DNA of 64,000 nucleotides. It comes from Cycas panzhihuaensis. Lineage: Eukaryota; Plantae; Cycadophyta. Every line of letters starts with the position of its first letter. The first letter of the stretch is position 1. The DNA is taken from positions 146,513,741-146,577,740 of the forward strand of contig CM041465.1 in the NCBI GenBank assembly GCA_023213395.1, written 5' to 3'. The notes beneath the pieces were generated by a model. The model had not been told where the DNA came from. It saw nothing but the letters and a program-made list of their open reading frames with translations, and did not search any database. This document shows, piece after piece, positions 1-13,189 of this stretch. A program made the position numbers and the translations under genes.

Positions 1-1413
1 TAGGTAGCAACATAGTTGGGTACCCAAATTATAGATCTCTCCATATTAGGTATTCATATTGTTGGTATTGTGGATTACTTGATGCTCTAGGTGGCTTATT
101 TCCTCTTTACTAAGGTGATATTGAGCCAGAAAAACTTGTTTGTACCTATATAAATAAGATCAATACTCCTACGAGTAACAAAATAAGATAAGTTCAACTA
201 GGCCATATTTCTTTTAGGTAGATTTTCAGACAAATTGATTAGTATCAAGGCTAAACCTCAGTTGGCTATATTTTATCATCAAAGTTTATTCTAAGGATTA
301 CTATACTCTTACTGTTTAAAGATAGAGTTACTAGAGGCAAAGCTAGAATAAATGATAATGAGTGGATGGATCAACCTTTTTAGGGAGAAAGGAGAAATTT
401 GGCGAGGGGAGCTTTAAGAAAAAGTTATGAAATTTTTCTTAAAGAAAGCTCAAGCTAGTAACCTTTAAATGACACTAATAAAGGATAAAGAGAGGAAATG
501 ATAATGGGAAGAGGTGACCTGGTTGGTTGATAAGTAAAAAGAGGAGGAGGAACTGAAAACAAGAGAAGAGAATAAGAAGGAGGAGGAAATCAAAAAAAGA
601 AAACAAAAAGTAGGCAGTGTGTCAGTTAAGAAGGAAGCAGAAGAGTAGTAACCAGCCTGGTAACCTAAAAAATTTCCTAACATTAAAGAAGAAAGAAGAA
701 AAAAAAAGAAGAGTTACTATAGAAAAAGCAAAGAAAGAAATTTTTAAAAATTTAAATAGTCAACTAACTAAGGTAGACTTTGATTTTAACAATGAAGAGC
801 TGATGGACAAAGGGATTGATCTAATGGAGTGTTGGCCACATAATGTGGTACACTGGAAGATTTCATTCCTAGCCAATGCTATTCAGCATTTGGTGACTGG
901 GTGGAAAGTTTGAAATAAGAGACCACCACTGGATTTGTATAGAATCCAGAAAGTAGAAGACTAGTTAGCTACTTGTGAGGCAAAATTAGACTTCTTGATT
1001 AAGTTTATCATGCATTGGGTAGGAGATACTTCCAGTGTGGAGTATTTGGGACCAACTTTTGGCACTTTGTTTGATGAATAGGTTCCACCAGGATTAAAGA
1101 AGGTGATCTATAAACTAGATCTTAGATAATGCAGACACAGGAAGATGCCAAGTATGCTAATCACTTATGGTCTATGATCAAATCCTTCTTACAAGACTTG
1201 TTTTTAATGGAGATAAGGAAATGTGAGTTGGAAGAGGAAATTGAATAGTTGCATTCAGGGGAGAAGCCAACGATAGCCTAATTACATGCACTATACAATG
1301 TGGTTATGCTTTATAACCATTGTAAAAAGCAAGGTATAAATCCACCATGTACCATCTACATGCCTGATCTGTAGTGGATTTGTCCAGAAATGGAGAAGAT
1401 TAGAAGTGACTAA
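1..1413 (+). pseudogene. Disrupted retrotransposon extra ORF (3' part), PMD/plant-transposon-protein-like plus charged/coiled-coil region
   Basis: Manual translation gives ..VILSQKNLFV..LLRV..KFN(W)AIF..IFYHQSLF.. and ORF 617-913 ..VDFDFNNEELMDKGIDLMECWPHNVVHWK..; homologous to 46960-48394; many in-frame stops. Confidence 0.75.
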
Positions 1414-1513
1414 GAAAAATAATCTATTTATATATTGCTTTAATTTTGTTTTTATTTTTTAAAATTTTGGCATTTATAAGTGAGAACACTTGTAAGTTTT
1501 GTGAAGGGAGAGA

Positions 1514-1880
1514 TGTGTGTTGTTGTATTAGTTGCAACCCATTTTATTTTTTTGAATAGTTGCAATTAGCTCAAGTCATAGGAAAATATAAATACAATGA
1601 TGTAGAGACATCATGATTGGTTTTTTACATTGTAATGTTTTTGTCTATTATCGCATGAAATGTAGTCATCTACATTCCATGTTTACTACATTAAATTTGA
1701 CTCATGTGTGTAATGTTTTAAATTATCTCTAGTTATGAGAGAACTAGAGCAACCCACCATAATGTAATGATGATGGTTCTTGATTCTCATATTATCATGT
1801 CTCTGAATTGTAACAAATAGTTTCAACTTGTTGTTATTTCTATGCCTATTTCTATATGTGATTAAATGAACTAGCACACA
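1514..1880 (+). repeat. 3' LTR (~367 bp)
   Basis: TG..CA termini, immediately after PPT; contains GTTGCAAC motif at ~1531 and a TATA-like AAATATAAATA at ~1585. Confidence 0.7.
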
Positions 1881-3990
1881 AGGTGGCATTAATAAAAGGA
1901 GGACTTCTTATAAAAATATAGGATCCTTATGTAATCTATGAATGGCCTCCTAGGTCTCAATGTAGAGGTGAGTTAAGGATGAGGCTATTAGTAAGTGATG
2001 GAGGGGCCATAAGATGGTTACTCATAAGATTGGGGTTCATTCCCTTCCAAGGAATGGGGTATTATTAAGATGGAGGATTGTACTAAAGAGGGAGAACCAT
2101 CTATCAAGGGTATGACTATTGAGTATGGGAAGGTCTAAGACCAAAAGATAAAGTAGGCCCTCTGGTTGGTTGAGATACCCTTTGTTGGGGGATGCGGTAA
2201 CTAATAAGTGGATGCAAGTGTGAGGAGCCTCTAATTTGACTTTCAACTCTAACCTAGTCATAATGCATAGGAAATAGGGGAGAAACTGGTGTAAGTCCCC
2301 AATAAGACTAGGAAGGCAGAGGTAGGAGGCGTAGATGTTGAGTAGATAGAGTCCTCATAACATATCCCATGGTTTGATGAGGTGGAGGGAAAGGGTTTCC
2401 TTAGTTAGGATAGGAAGTGCCATGGGAAGGGATGATAGTTATTGATGGAACATATGAAGTGGTATGAGGGAACCTATGATCACATACAAGTGGTAACCCT
2501 TTATTAGGTTTTGAATGGAGGAATTGATATGATATAAAAGGTTAATATATATATATATATATATATATAACTCAAACTAGGTTGTTGGTCTCAATCAATG
2601 CTCTCAAATAGAATAATAGATGAAATAAGAGGCACAAGAGGAATTGGGATTCCTCCTTGTGTAGCATCAATTTGTCCTTAGGATAAAAAATAAAGTGATT
2701 TAGTATCCTCTGCCTCATTGAGGGCCATAAGAGGTACTTTTAGGGTAGGTAGATGAGAAGGATGAGGTGGAGGAAGATCATTTGATAGATAAGGATGATC
2801 AATAGGTGGGGGTTGATACTCTTAAAGAGGAGGCTCACATTACTCTTGATGTTGATGGGGAAGTCAATGAGTGGGTAATGATATATTATGAGTATCTTAG
2901 TGAAACGTATCTTAATACTCTAGAATATAGTTAGGAGGGTAGTACCTAATAAGCAAGCGTTTTGAAAAGGGATGGGAACCATAATATACGTGTATCTCAT
3001 TATGCATAGAGATAGGAGCTACCATCAAAGGATCTCCCAAGTGTCACTTGGGGTATTTAGAATAATCTTGATCTATAAGGACCTCTAATAGATCAATGGA
3101 ACCTTTTAGAGCATAATTATCATAGCCTTCTTGAGATATATAATGCTTATAATATTTATACAAAGAGTCTTTAATAGAGAAGCCTTATCACCTCTTTGAA
3201 CTCTTAAGTTGAGTGGGATGTGAAAGGACCTCCATAGAAATGGGAATGAAAAACTGGTGGTGAAAGTAAGGGGAAAGGGTAAAAACCCTAAATAAGATAA
3301 ATGGTCCTACCCAAACTAGGAAGTGAAAGTATATGTGTAAAGCTAGACAAGTAAAGATGACCCACAAAGGGTCTCAAGCTAGTGTCAAGGGTGGAAGTTT
3401 AAAGCATGCAACTAGGAAGTTTTGAAAACTCCCTAGTATGGTCATCAAAATGGTTAGTTTGAGGGGATACACACTACATCTTAAGATAAGGGTATGTATC
3501 CTTTACACTAGGATCATGGAACAAGACATCTTGAATGTAACTTAATCCCCTCCTTCCCAGATGGGAAATAGATGCTCTTATTTTAATGGTTTTGATAAGG
3601 TATGGATGTATGTACAAATGTTATTTCTTGAAGTGGGCCCTAATGGAATAAGAGATCTCTAGAATGATTATAGTCCCTAGTATTAAGATGGTGTTATCTA
3701 TGACTTGGATACTAGATGCAACTACATATCCCACTTGGCATACTAGGTCACTCTTGAGTGTGTTAGGCCAAAAATAATAGCTCCTAACTATGGACTTTTG
3801 TTTTAAAACAACCATGGGACTCACCCTCTCTAAGTCTAACTAGATTCTCCTTATTCACCTCAAGTCCCTCAATCTATACACTGGTAGCTAGGTGGAAGCT
3901 TTTAGGATACCCACTAACATATGCAAGAGTGATAATCTTAATAGGTATTACTCTTATGATAGGGTCCCAATTTTGCCTACGTATGAAAGG
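1881..3990. mobile_element. Strongly decayed retroelement-derived sequence, possible gypsy integrase zinc-finger remnant on - strand near 3620-3830
   Basis: G-rich/C-poor coding-like composition; ORF 3621-3824 contains IVRSYYFWPNTLKSD resembling the integrase H2C2 'YFWP..D' segment. Weak. Confidence 0.3.
2545..2568. repeat. (AT)n microsatellite
   Basis: Direct inspection. Confidence 0.95.
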
Positions 3991-5010
3991 TCAAATAATT
4001 CTCTAAAATATAATTAAGGATTCCATTTATGATTATATGTAAACAACCTAACTATTCAAATAAATACCATATATACACTAATGTATCTATGTGAAATGAA
4101 ATGAAAATCCCTCTTTTTTTTGTGAGGTTAAGTGAAAAGGAAAGACTACACCCTAATCAAGGCAAGCAAATAAAATTAAAAAAAATGAATTATTTAATTA
4201 CTCTTATGTTTATCTTAGTTGTAGCTCCTTCACTTTTATTTTAATCTTTTTGTGATCTAATTACTAAAAATTAAGGAAAGTAAGAAATGTAAGAGATATA
4301 ATGCAACCTTAACAAAATGCAACTACTTTCTTTCTTTTCCTTTTTTGATTAAACACTCTACTTAATGATCTAATACATCATTTCATTAGTTTGAACCAAT
4401 GACAAATGCATAGGTTTATTCCTTTATCTTTTCATGTGGTTTAAAGATAATATAATAGTTAAAAAGAGTAAAGGATGAGGTAGATACATTTTATTAATGC
4501 TTCTAAGCAATAATTTTCCTTTTCTTTTATTAAAACAATTTTAGAGCATGACCAACAAACCAAATGAAGTATATCATATATGATTTAAACCACTAAATTA
4601 AAAGCTTAAATTTAATTTGGATAGGTCTATCAAAATTCTTGTGGCATTTTTACTACACCTAGAGAATTTTGATGGGAAAAGAATATCAAGAATGACCAAA
4701 ACTCTATGAGGAAGAGTATGGTCACTTGATAAGGATATATTATTTCCATTCATGTCTTGACTAAGAATTGGCATTGTTTTATAACTATTTTTGGCTATTC
4801 TTTCAATGGAATATTAATAAGAGTGAGAAAGGAAAATAAAGAACTCAATATAATGAGATTCAATTTATGGATTGAAATTAGTTCAATCCCATAAATTAAC
4901 TTTGAATGCTTAAATGATGAGAAATAAATTAGAAATCAAAATTAGTTTGATCTTTTAAATTGGTTCACTTAATGAATACTACAATGACTAAATGAAAATA
5001 ACATGAAATT

Positions 5011-5014
<4 letters not shown>

Positions 5015-5060
<46 letters not shown>
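5015..5060. repeat. (CT)n microsatellite
   Basis: Direct inspection. Confidence 0.97.
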
Positions 5061-5063
<3 letters not shown>

Positions 5064-7403
5064 TTTTAATAAAAGAACTATTCTTTCTAATTAAATATGC
5101 CCAAAATTATAATGTTCATTTCAAATCTGATAAGGTTGAGATGAAGGGAGCCTCAGATCAATGCCACATCTATATCTAACATGCCTTGAAGTTACTCCTA
5201 ATGCTTTAAGAGGAAGACAATGTACAATATCTAATATTATGGAAGAGAAAGTGTATTCATGGCCATTGAAACACTAAGAGAAGAGGGCCCAAAGGATGAA
5301 TGGAGAAGTAAATTTGAAGGAAAGAAGGGAAGAGGGCCTAAGATGGGTTCTAAATTCCTTAAGAAAGCCTCATAAATCACCAAGAATGAAGTTCTAAAAC
5401 CACTTAAGATCTAAGGCAAACCACTAAAGTGGGGTGCTACTAAAATTTTAGCTACATTCCATTACATAAAATCTCCTCTCTTATTCTAAAAAAGGATGGG
5501 TATTTATAAAAAGAGAGAGAGAGAAAAGGAGGAGGCCAAAACCATGGATTTTGGACCTAGTTTTAATCATTTATCTCCAAAAAATATTACATAAAGCCAA
5601 ATAAACATAATGGGAATGCACCAAGAATGATGGGATAGTACCAACCTGTAAATCTGGGCTAGAGTCAAGTTAAAATTATAGATATTTTTACATGTTGTTA
5701 CTAATTTTACATGTGCAATAATAAGAAATATGAGAGTACACTAAAAACATGAGAGTATAAATAAAATGTAAAATGTAAGAGATCATTATATTTTATTTGC
5801 ACTATTGCATTTTTATAAACACCAAAAAAGTGATACTCCAAGGAAGGAAAAAAATATAGAAAACTTGAACCAATTTTAATAAAGTTAGTTTGTTGGGCCT
5901 TAATTAAGTAGTGATGACTTATATAAAGACTAGATGAAGATAAAAACATGCTAAATAGTGGTAAGAAATAAGAAAGAATAAGGTGTAAGCTTGACAACAT
6001 TCCAATAAAATGCAAATGGGCAAGACTTGGAGTAATTTCTTAGACCTTGTTAAATAGGATCATGAAAATGTGTTGTTAAATCAATCATCAGATGAAAATA
6101 TTATTACAATTACAGATAAGAGGTATTCATATAATTGACAATCATTCAAATCATACAAATAAAGTAAAATGAAGAATAATAATAAACCTAATTAGAACTT
6201 CCTTCATTAAAGAACTATACAAAGTAAAACTAATGACTAAGAAACTAACTAAATTATAACAATTGATTAAATATAAGTCTAATTAGCAAGAACATGGCCA
6301 TGCCAAAAGGGATGGGTCATGATGAATCAAAACCAATCATTTATACTTATTTATTTATAGTAGACTTTATCAACCAACAATGAGGAATTCAAGGAATAAA
6401 CATAATAAAAAATCATATGATATATCATATGAGGAATATCATTTCATAGATAAACATATAATTTTATTATAGTATTAATTATGATTATATCACCAATGTC
6501 ACATCAACTTAAAAATCTTATTTGTCCTTTCTTGATCCAAAATTATCTGATTGAATATTTTTTTAGAAGTGTTATCTTTAATCAATCCTTTGATTACAAA
6601 TATATGACGTTAATTATTATATAACCATATAATTGACTATCTAACAAATTAATAGTTAATTTATATTTATAATTAAGATTACATAGATTAGTTAATTAAT
6701 TATTAAGTTATGTTGACTTATAAAATAAGTAGACATGTTTACAAGTTAACAATGTGCCCACTTATAAAACTATTATCAAAATTAACTAATAATATCATAG
6801 TCAACACTTGCTTTTGGATGGCTAGATGACAAATGTTATTTGATTGATCTCTAGTTTATTATGATCAAGACTATGCTCTATGAGATTTAGAGAATTTGGA
6901 ATATGACTAATTTTCAAGATGTTATTTTAATATTCCAACATGTTATTCTTCATATTCATAAGGAGTTTTAGTTATGGCTTCAACACTATCCTTACTTTTC
7001 TGCTCTCCATAATTCTTTATTTCTTTCTCTCTTAAAGTCTATTATTTTTATTCTTAATGATTATAGATTGAGGGACTAGGTGCTAATATATCATTAATTA
7101 TGCATTATTCTTTATTTTATTATAAGTTGTGTTCTTTTCCTTAAAAGAAAAATAAAAATTGACTTACGACATCAACAATGTATTAACTTAAAAAAATGAG
7201 TTAGTTACTTTTTGTAATAATCATCTCTTTTAGACTTAGTCTTTGATTCATCCTTAAAGAATATAAAAGCATGGTTTTAAAAATGGCCTACATCTTTTCT
7301 TAAAAATTTAAGTACTTAATGAGGTAAGAAGAGTTATACTATTATAAAATTTCAAATAGAAAACTTTATTATAGGAAAAATCAAGTTCTTTAGGGCTAGT
7401 TAT

Positions 7404-7887
7404 TGTTAGATATGTAAAACAATTTGCAAGTGTTATATGGGTATAGGCGTTACACACGAGCCCCTTTTTTGGGGTTCAAGGGCTTGTTATAGGGCCCCCG
7501 AGGGGGTCTGGGGGGCCAGTGGCCCCCCAGGCAGAGGTTCGAGGGTGGGAGTCCTTGAGAAAAGTTTTTTGGTGTCTTATAAGAAGTCTTTTTTGGCCCA
7601 TTATTTATGCCAGTTGTATTATAAAACTGTAAAATAGTATTTTGTAAAGTTGTGTCTATATATTCTTATGTAACTATGCATGCAAAAAATTGGATGAGTC
7701 TTTGATGAGTTGATGAAAATAATTGGGGATTTCATCTCTATAATTCTTTAACTATTACTCAGATTAATAAAATATATATGCTTAGACCTAAATATCCTGG
7801 TGTTCTTTGTTGTGTGCTTAGTTTGTTTATGGTATTTATTCTTTGCATGATTTAGAGTTTTGTTAATACATTGCTTCTACGGTTACA
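7404..7887 (+). mobile_element. Probable solo LTR (copia-like)
   Basis: Starts TGTTAG, ends GCTTCTACGGTTACA; GC-rich U3 hairpin block 7458-7555, TATA-like CTATATAT ~7656, TG/T-rich U5. TSD imperfect (GTTAT/TTTTT). Confidence 0.6.
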
Positions 7888-8551
7888 TTTTTTCTTTAGT
7901 TACTACTATTGAATATTAGTCAATCCTACATCAAATACAAAGCTTACATTATTAAAGTTATATTATCTAATTAATCACTCTAATTATTCATTGTTATCTT
8001 TACATCAAGTAATTTGATTCATCTATGTAATTTATTAGGTATCCCTACATTTATTCATCAACATATCATTTTATAATATAAAAATATACATAGATAATTT
8101 TATTCAAGCCTTATAAATAATTCCTATTTTCATAAATACAATTTTATATTACACACTTATAACCCTTAGTTATCACTAGAAATAGGCCTACTAAATTAAT
8201 TCTTCATAAAATTATTATTCTAAGGATTATATTATTAGTAGAATAATTTATAATTTTATAGAAATTTCATTATAGATTTATAAAGGTATATTTTAGTTTT
8301 AATACTCTTTTATCCCATGATAATTTTCACTTAGTGAGTCATCATATGGTAATTCTTAATATTGTTTTGAGAATTTTTATTAAATCTAATCAAGTTGATG
8401 TTTAATATAATTGAATTTAATACTAAGGTATTTCTATGTTCCTTTCTATGCCATAAAATTATATTCAAAATTTGGTCTTTAAATCATTGAAAACTTTGAT
8501 AAAGAATTAAATAAGTAGTAATTCAAAGTAAAGGACCGATGGTTTAAAGGA

Positions 8552-8902
8552 TGTTATTAAAAGTTAATTTAAGTAGCATATAATATTACTTTATTCTAAT
8601 TATTTAATATTGAGGGTATGTCCTATTACATAATCATTCGGTGGAATTTATTGTATAAATCCATTAAGCATCAAGATTAATGAGGTGTGATGAGTGAAAA
8701 TGAGAAATTAAGTCATTGTGAATATGTGACAGTAAGTAGTATGATTTAGTTGATATTTTTTAGGGTATTTTCCCCCATATTTAGGTATTCCATTTTAAAT
8801 TTGTCTCATTATGGCTTGTTATTATTTGTTTACTTTCCTCTTAATGTGCTTGTTAATTAATCTTGTTTCCATTTCAATTAGTTTCTAACATTGTATCACA
8901 AC
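8552..8902 (+). mobile_element. Decayed LTR with PBS-Met remnant
   Basis: GTATTTTCCCCCAT..GGTATTCCA..AAATTT block resembles the LTR block of element B (GGTTTTTCCCACAATGGGTTTTCTAC); ends CTAACA followed by TTGTATCACAAC (degenerate TGGTATCAGAGC). Start uncertain. Confidence 0.45.
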
Positions 8903-9666
8903 AACTTGGTGGCCATTAAGATCATCATTCACTTAATTCACATGCACAAGGTATAATACCTAGTAAATGGTATATGACTTATAAGAGGTAATCTCTATAA
9001 AATCTCTTACCCTGATAACAATGATGGTATGCATGATAATTAGGAGTAGAGCAAGAATTATATGAAATTATAGAAGCTAAGTTTTCCCATAAGAGTAATA
9101 ATAATTCAAATAAAGTTATCTTTAAAATATTATATTTTTATTAGTTTTTAATCAAATAAAAATAAAATGACCTACTAAAAATGGTAGGATTTTTGCACTT
9201 GCATTAAACCTTTATAGAAACTAAAATAATAATAATAATAATATAAATGTTATTTATTCAAACCTAATTAAAAGCTAATAAGTATTTATTTCATTTGACT
9301 AATTCTAGATGATCTAAGCTTTACAAGTTATAAATTTATCTTGTTTTGATATAATATTAATTTTAATATTATGTAATAGTTATAAACATTTGGTATAATA
9401 AAATAAAAAACTAGGATGAAGCAACAAAAAATATTGTATAGAATTTTCATTAATGCTAATTTTAAACATAAGGAATGATTGAAAAGAAAAATCAAGCCAT
9501 GATCAAAATTGAAATAATATTTTGGTGAATGGAGAGGAAAAGAATGTAGATAAATCGAAGGGATTGATATGCCCTTAGTCTACTCAAATGAGAGGTAATT
9601 ACATATTAACCAAAGGACCAATGGCCTTAATAGTTGATAAACCAACCATAAAATAAGAATTGAGTG

Positions 9667-10088
9667 AAATTTTACTCAAATAAAATAACGTATTATGATT
9701 GTTACTAATAAAGGATGGCCAAAATATCATCTTAATAAATATAGTAGTTTCAAATGAATGAGAATCAATCAATTGGAGGGGGTGGCTATCGATTAAAAGA
9801 AGTCATATTTTGAGAAATATTAAAATATGAATCATATATAATTAAATGCAAAGATCTAGCATTAAAAAAACCATTACAAATTGACTCAAATCAAATTAAC
9901 CACCATGACTCTTATTAATAAAGGCTAGCTCAATATTCAACTCAAGAGATATAATGGTTTTAAATGATAAGAATCAATTAGGAAAAGGGGATGTCTAGTG
10001 AATAAAAGGAGTTAAATTTTAAGAAATATCATAGTATGAATAATATGGTATTGAATACAAAGATTTATGTTAGAAGAACCATTAGAAA
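9667..10088. repeat. Old tandem duplication, two ~211 bp units
   Basis: AAATTTTACTCAAATAAAATAAC (9667) vs AAATTGACTCAAATCAAATTAAC (9878); shared TAATAAAGG, AGAATCAAT, AGAAATAT..TATGAAT, CAAAGAT, AACCATTA blocks in the same order. Confidence 0.75.
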
Positions 10089-10449
10089 GATCTAGTAATT
10101 CATTAAAATAAAAAGTTAAACTTAAGCTTAAGTCATGAAAATTATTATATGATTCAACTAACAAAGCATTTATAGAATATGAATCATGCATTTTAACCTC
10201 AAAGTAGGTATAGATGGATCAACATGGGTGCTAAGAAAATCATGAAACTCTTTTTAGTTATCATGGAGAATGTAAAATGACTCTAAATAAACATTAGAAA
10301 GATAGATGTTAGACTAAGTAGGTTTACTGCCCATATAAGATTTTACTATTTTATTATTATATAGGCCTATGTTCAAGAGAATGGGTTAATAATCAATGAA
10401 AATGTTATAGATTAAGACTTATTAATGACATTAATACCAATCTATATAG

Positions 10450-12750
10450 TTTCTCCATTAAAATTGAGAAGGATATTTATAATCCTATCAAGGGATGGTC
10501 TCTTTATTAAGTCAAATTCCTTCATTATAATATTATATTTGCCTTTCTTTTCTACCTATAAGGACTCCATTACTAAAGTAGGTATTATGCTTAGTAAATA
10601 CATATAATCTATAATAACTCTATATTCTCTTTCCCAATTTATAATAACTTGTATTAATAATGAGCTAGGGTCTATCACATAGGCCAAATTAGGGGATAAG
10701 TTCAAAAGAACATAGTGAAGAATACATAAAATGATATCAAATTATTTGACCCTAACTAATTAGAATGAATCCTACCTCTCAATCAACAAAAAATATAACA
10801 TGTCATAAAGGAACATCCCTAATGACATGGCCTTTAAATCTTCTTTAAGTATGATGGATTCATTTTATTAACCACAGTAATATTAGGGGAATGTTAGGGT
10901 TGGGTTTAATTTATAACAAGCCAATATTAATTAGTAGAAATAATGTTAGTATAGCCAATAAATAAATGAGACTCTATGCCATAATAACATTAAGGAATTA
11001 TCTAATATAATAATAATTTAAAATATATCTTTGAATATTCAGGCCCCCATATATATAACTATAAGGATAAGGCATAATAAAGCCAACTTTAATTAAAATA
11101 ATGATGATATATATAGGCTCATAATAATCCTTCTCTCTTTAATATACTTTGCCATTAATGTACTCATATTAATGAGGAATTACTTGTAGCTTGCTTAAGA
11201 TGCCTAGTCTACAAAGTATAGGAGAGGTAATGTAAGCCTTTCATCTATTAGCTACTAAGGCCAAAATATTATCTAGAATTAAGCAACAACCCTATTATGT
11301 ATCCTTTTCTATTCTTTAATACTTTCCTATATTGGTCAATTTTTATATAAGACCTTGCATATGAATGATCTTAGGACTTGTTAGTTGTAAATGTTTCTTA
11401 CTTGAGGTTTTATATCTATCTTACACATTTTTTCCATAGGAAGTTATCTTCAAAAGGGAAATTTTTCTAGGGACAAGGAGTTGGTATTGATATGGATAAA
11501 GGATGTAAATTTGGTGGTATAGTTTATTTGTCTTAATTATACAATGGTTAGGATAAGGTACAAGGGTGAAGGGAATACATAATAGCTATAGTAGAGATTT
11601 ATATAGATATGAGATACAATAGGGGACATAAACATAAGGTTTATTAAATGGAGGATCAAATATAAATATTTATAGAGAGATTAGGGATTGAGGAGGCATG
11701 AAAATCTAGATAATAAATTAGTATTAAGTAATAAGAAAAGTTTGGAGAATAAGAAGAAAGAGGATAAGAACAATGATATAGGGGGTATGATAGGTATCCA
11801 TTATAGACATGAACCATGTAAGAAAGATGTGTAAAGAATAAAGAGTAGGGTAAGGGTAGTAAGGAATGAGTATGATAAGATAAGGCTATTTAAGGGAAGG
11901 GTGTGTTAAATAAAGGTTGAAGTAGAGATGATAATGGGTTTAAGCAATGTATGTTAAAGATGAAGTTAGGGAGTCACATATGCATTAAGTTTATGGAATA
12001 GTTGGTTAGAGATGGAACCCAAGGCAAGGTTGATAAGGGACCTAATAAGCACTTTATAAGTATAGGATATAGAAACATAGGAAATAAACATTTAAAGATA
12101 GGTGTGATTGAGAAATAAGATTAATATAGGGTATGCATAAGACTAGGGAATGACATATGTATAGAGGTGACATGGTAGAAATAGAGAATGAGGGATATTT
12201 GATATGAGGGTAGCTTTATATGGACATATAATAAGAAAAGATATGTTAAGTAATTAAAATAAAGAGACAAAAGCTATGAGGTATCATAAGTGAGGGGTTG
12301 GTTGGAGATATAAAGATATGGGGTCATGGTGGATAAGGGATAAAGATTTTGTAGGAGATGAATGGGGGATAAGGGCTAGGTATTTTTGATGGGAAATAGG
12401 TTTTAATAGGGTTGTCTAAAAGCAAGGTGTAAGGTTATATTAAAAATAATATGGGAGAAAATAATGTTACTTATAAGGTAATCTAAAAGAGGGAGATATA
12501 AGGGAAAAAGATTTATAAGAGGGATGTATAATTTTTAAAATAATAGATGAAACTTAGTATAGGGAGAGTGAAAATTGAGGAAGATCATATTGATGAGAAA
12601 AAGACTTCATAGGGAAGAAGCAAGGTAAGAGGATAAAAATGATTAATGGGTTTGAAGTAGGATTAAAACTTTTCATACAAATAATTTTGAATTTGAAACC
12701 TTAAGATTTGACTTAGTTATATGATTTTACTATACATGGGGTGAGGTTCT
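10450..12750 (-). mobile_element. Heavily eroded LINE (RTE-like RT remnant)
   Basis: Minus-strand translation shows ILDNILAL..KAY (~11285-11235) then LLYFVD (~11225-11205), the order expected for LINE RT 'T.DNI..L..EK' and 'FVDF.KAFD'; strong G>C skew on +. Confidence 0.4.
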
Positions 12751-12788
12751 TTCTATAACTATATAATATTAAAATGTAAGAGGAGTAA

Positions 12789-13182
12789 TGTCAAGGTGCA
12801 TAAGAAAAAAATATCATCTACTTTGTCAAAGGGCATAAGAATAATATATCATGGTATTACATCTAATTAGTTTTTATTATCAAAGGAGGTTGATCAAAAA
12901 GGTAGATGTAAAAGGGACACCAAATGATCACCAAAGACATACCGTATTGCACTCTTATATAAGTTCTTAATACATAATAATCCTTACTTTACATACAAAA
13001 GGCCTTAAATAGACAACAAAGGCCTCTTATATAGACTACCATTAATGGGAATAAACAACATCTAATTCCATTAGTAGAAATAAGTAGCATGCATATAAAA
13101 ATCAATGGGTAGCACTAATCACTAGTTTCCTTAGTCATATGCTAGTAGCTGGGTCATGCTAATAATAGATAGTTGTGCAATA
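12789..13182 (-). repeat. 3' LTR of Reina-like element
   Basis: Adjacent to PPT; homologous to 37831-38189. Confidence 0.75.
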
Positions 13183-13189
13183 GGTCCTC

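Larger units (their letters stand above)
1..1880 (+). mobile_element. 3' end of Ty3/gypsy LTR retrotransposon (extra ORF, PPT, 3' LTR), same family as 39171-49050
   Basis: 1-1413 is colinear with ~46960-48394; PPT GAAGGGAGAGA (1503-1513) is followed by TGTG...AGCACACA (1514-1880), matching the LTR termini of the 39-49 kb element. Confidence 0.85.

Noticed and set aside
4000-7400. Possible genes or elements in the AT-rich stretch
   Set aside because: No termini, TSDs or protein motifs recognisable by eye.
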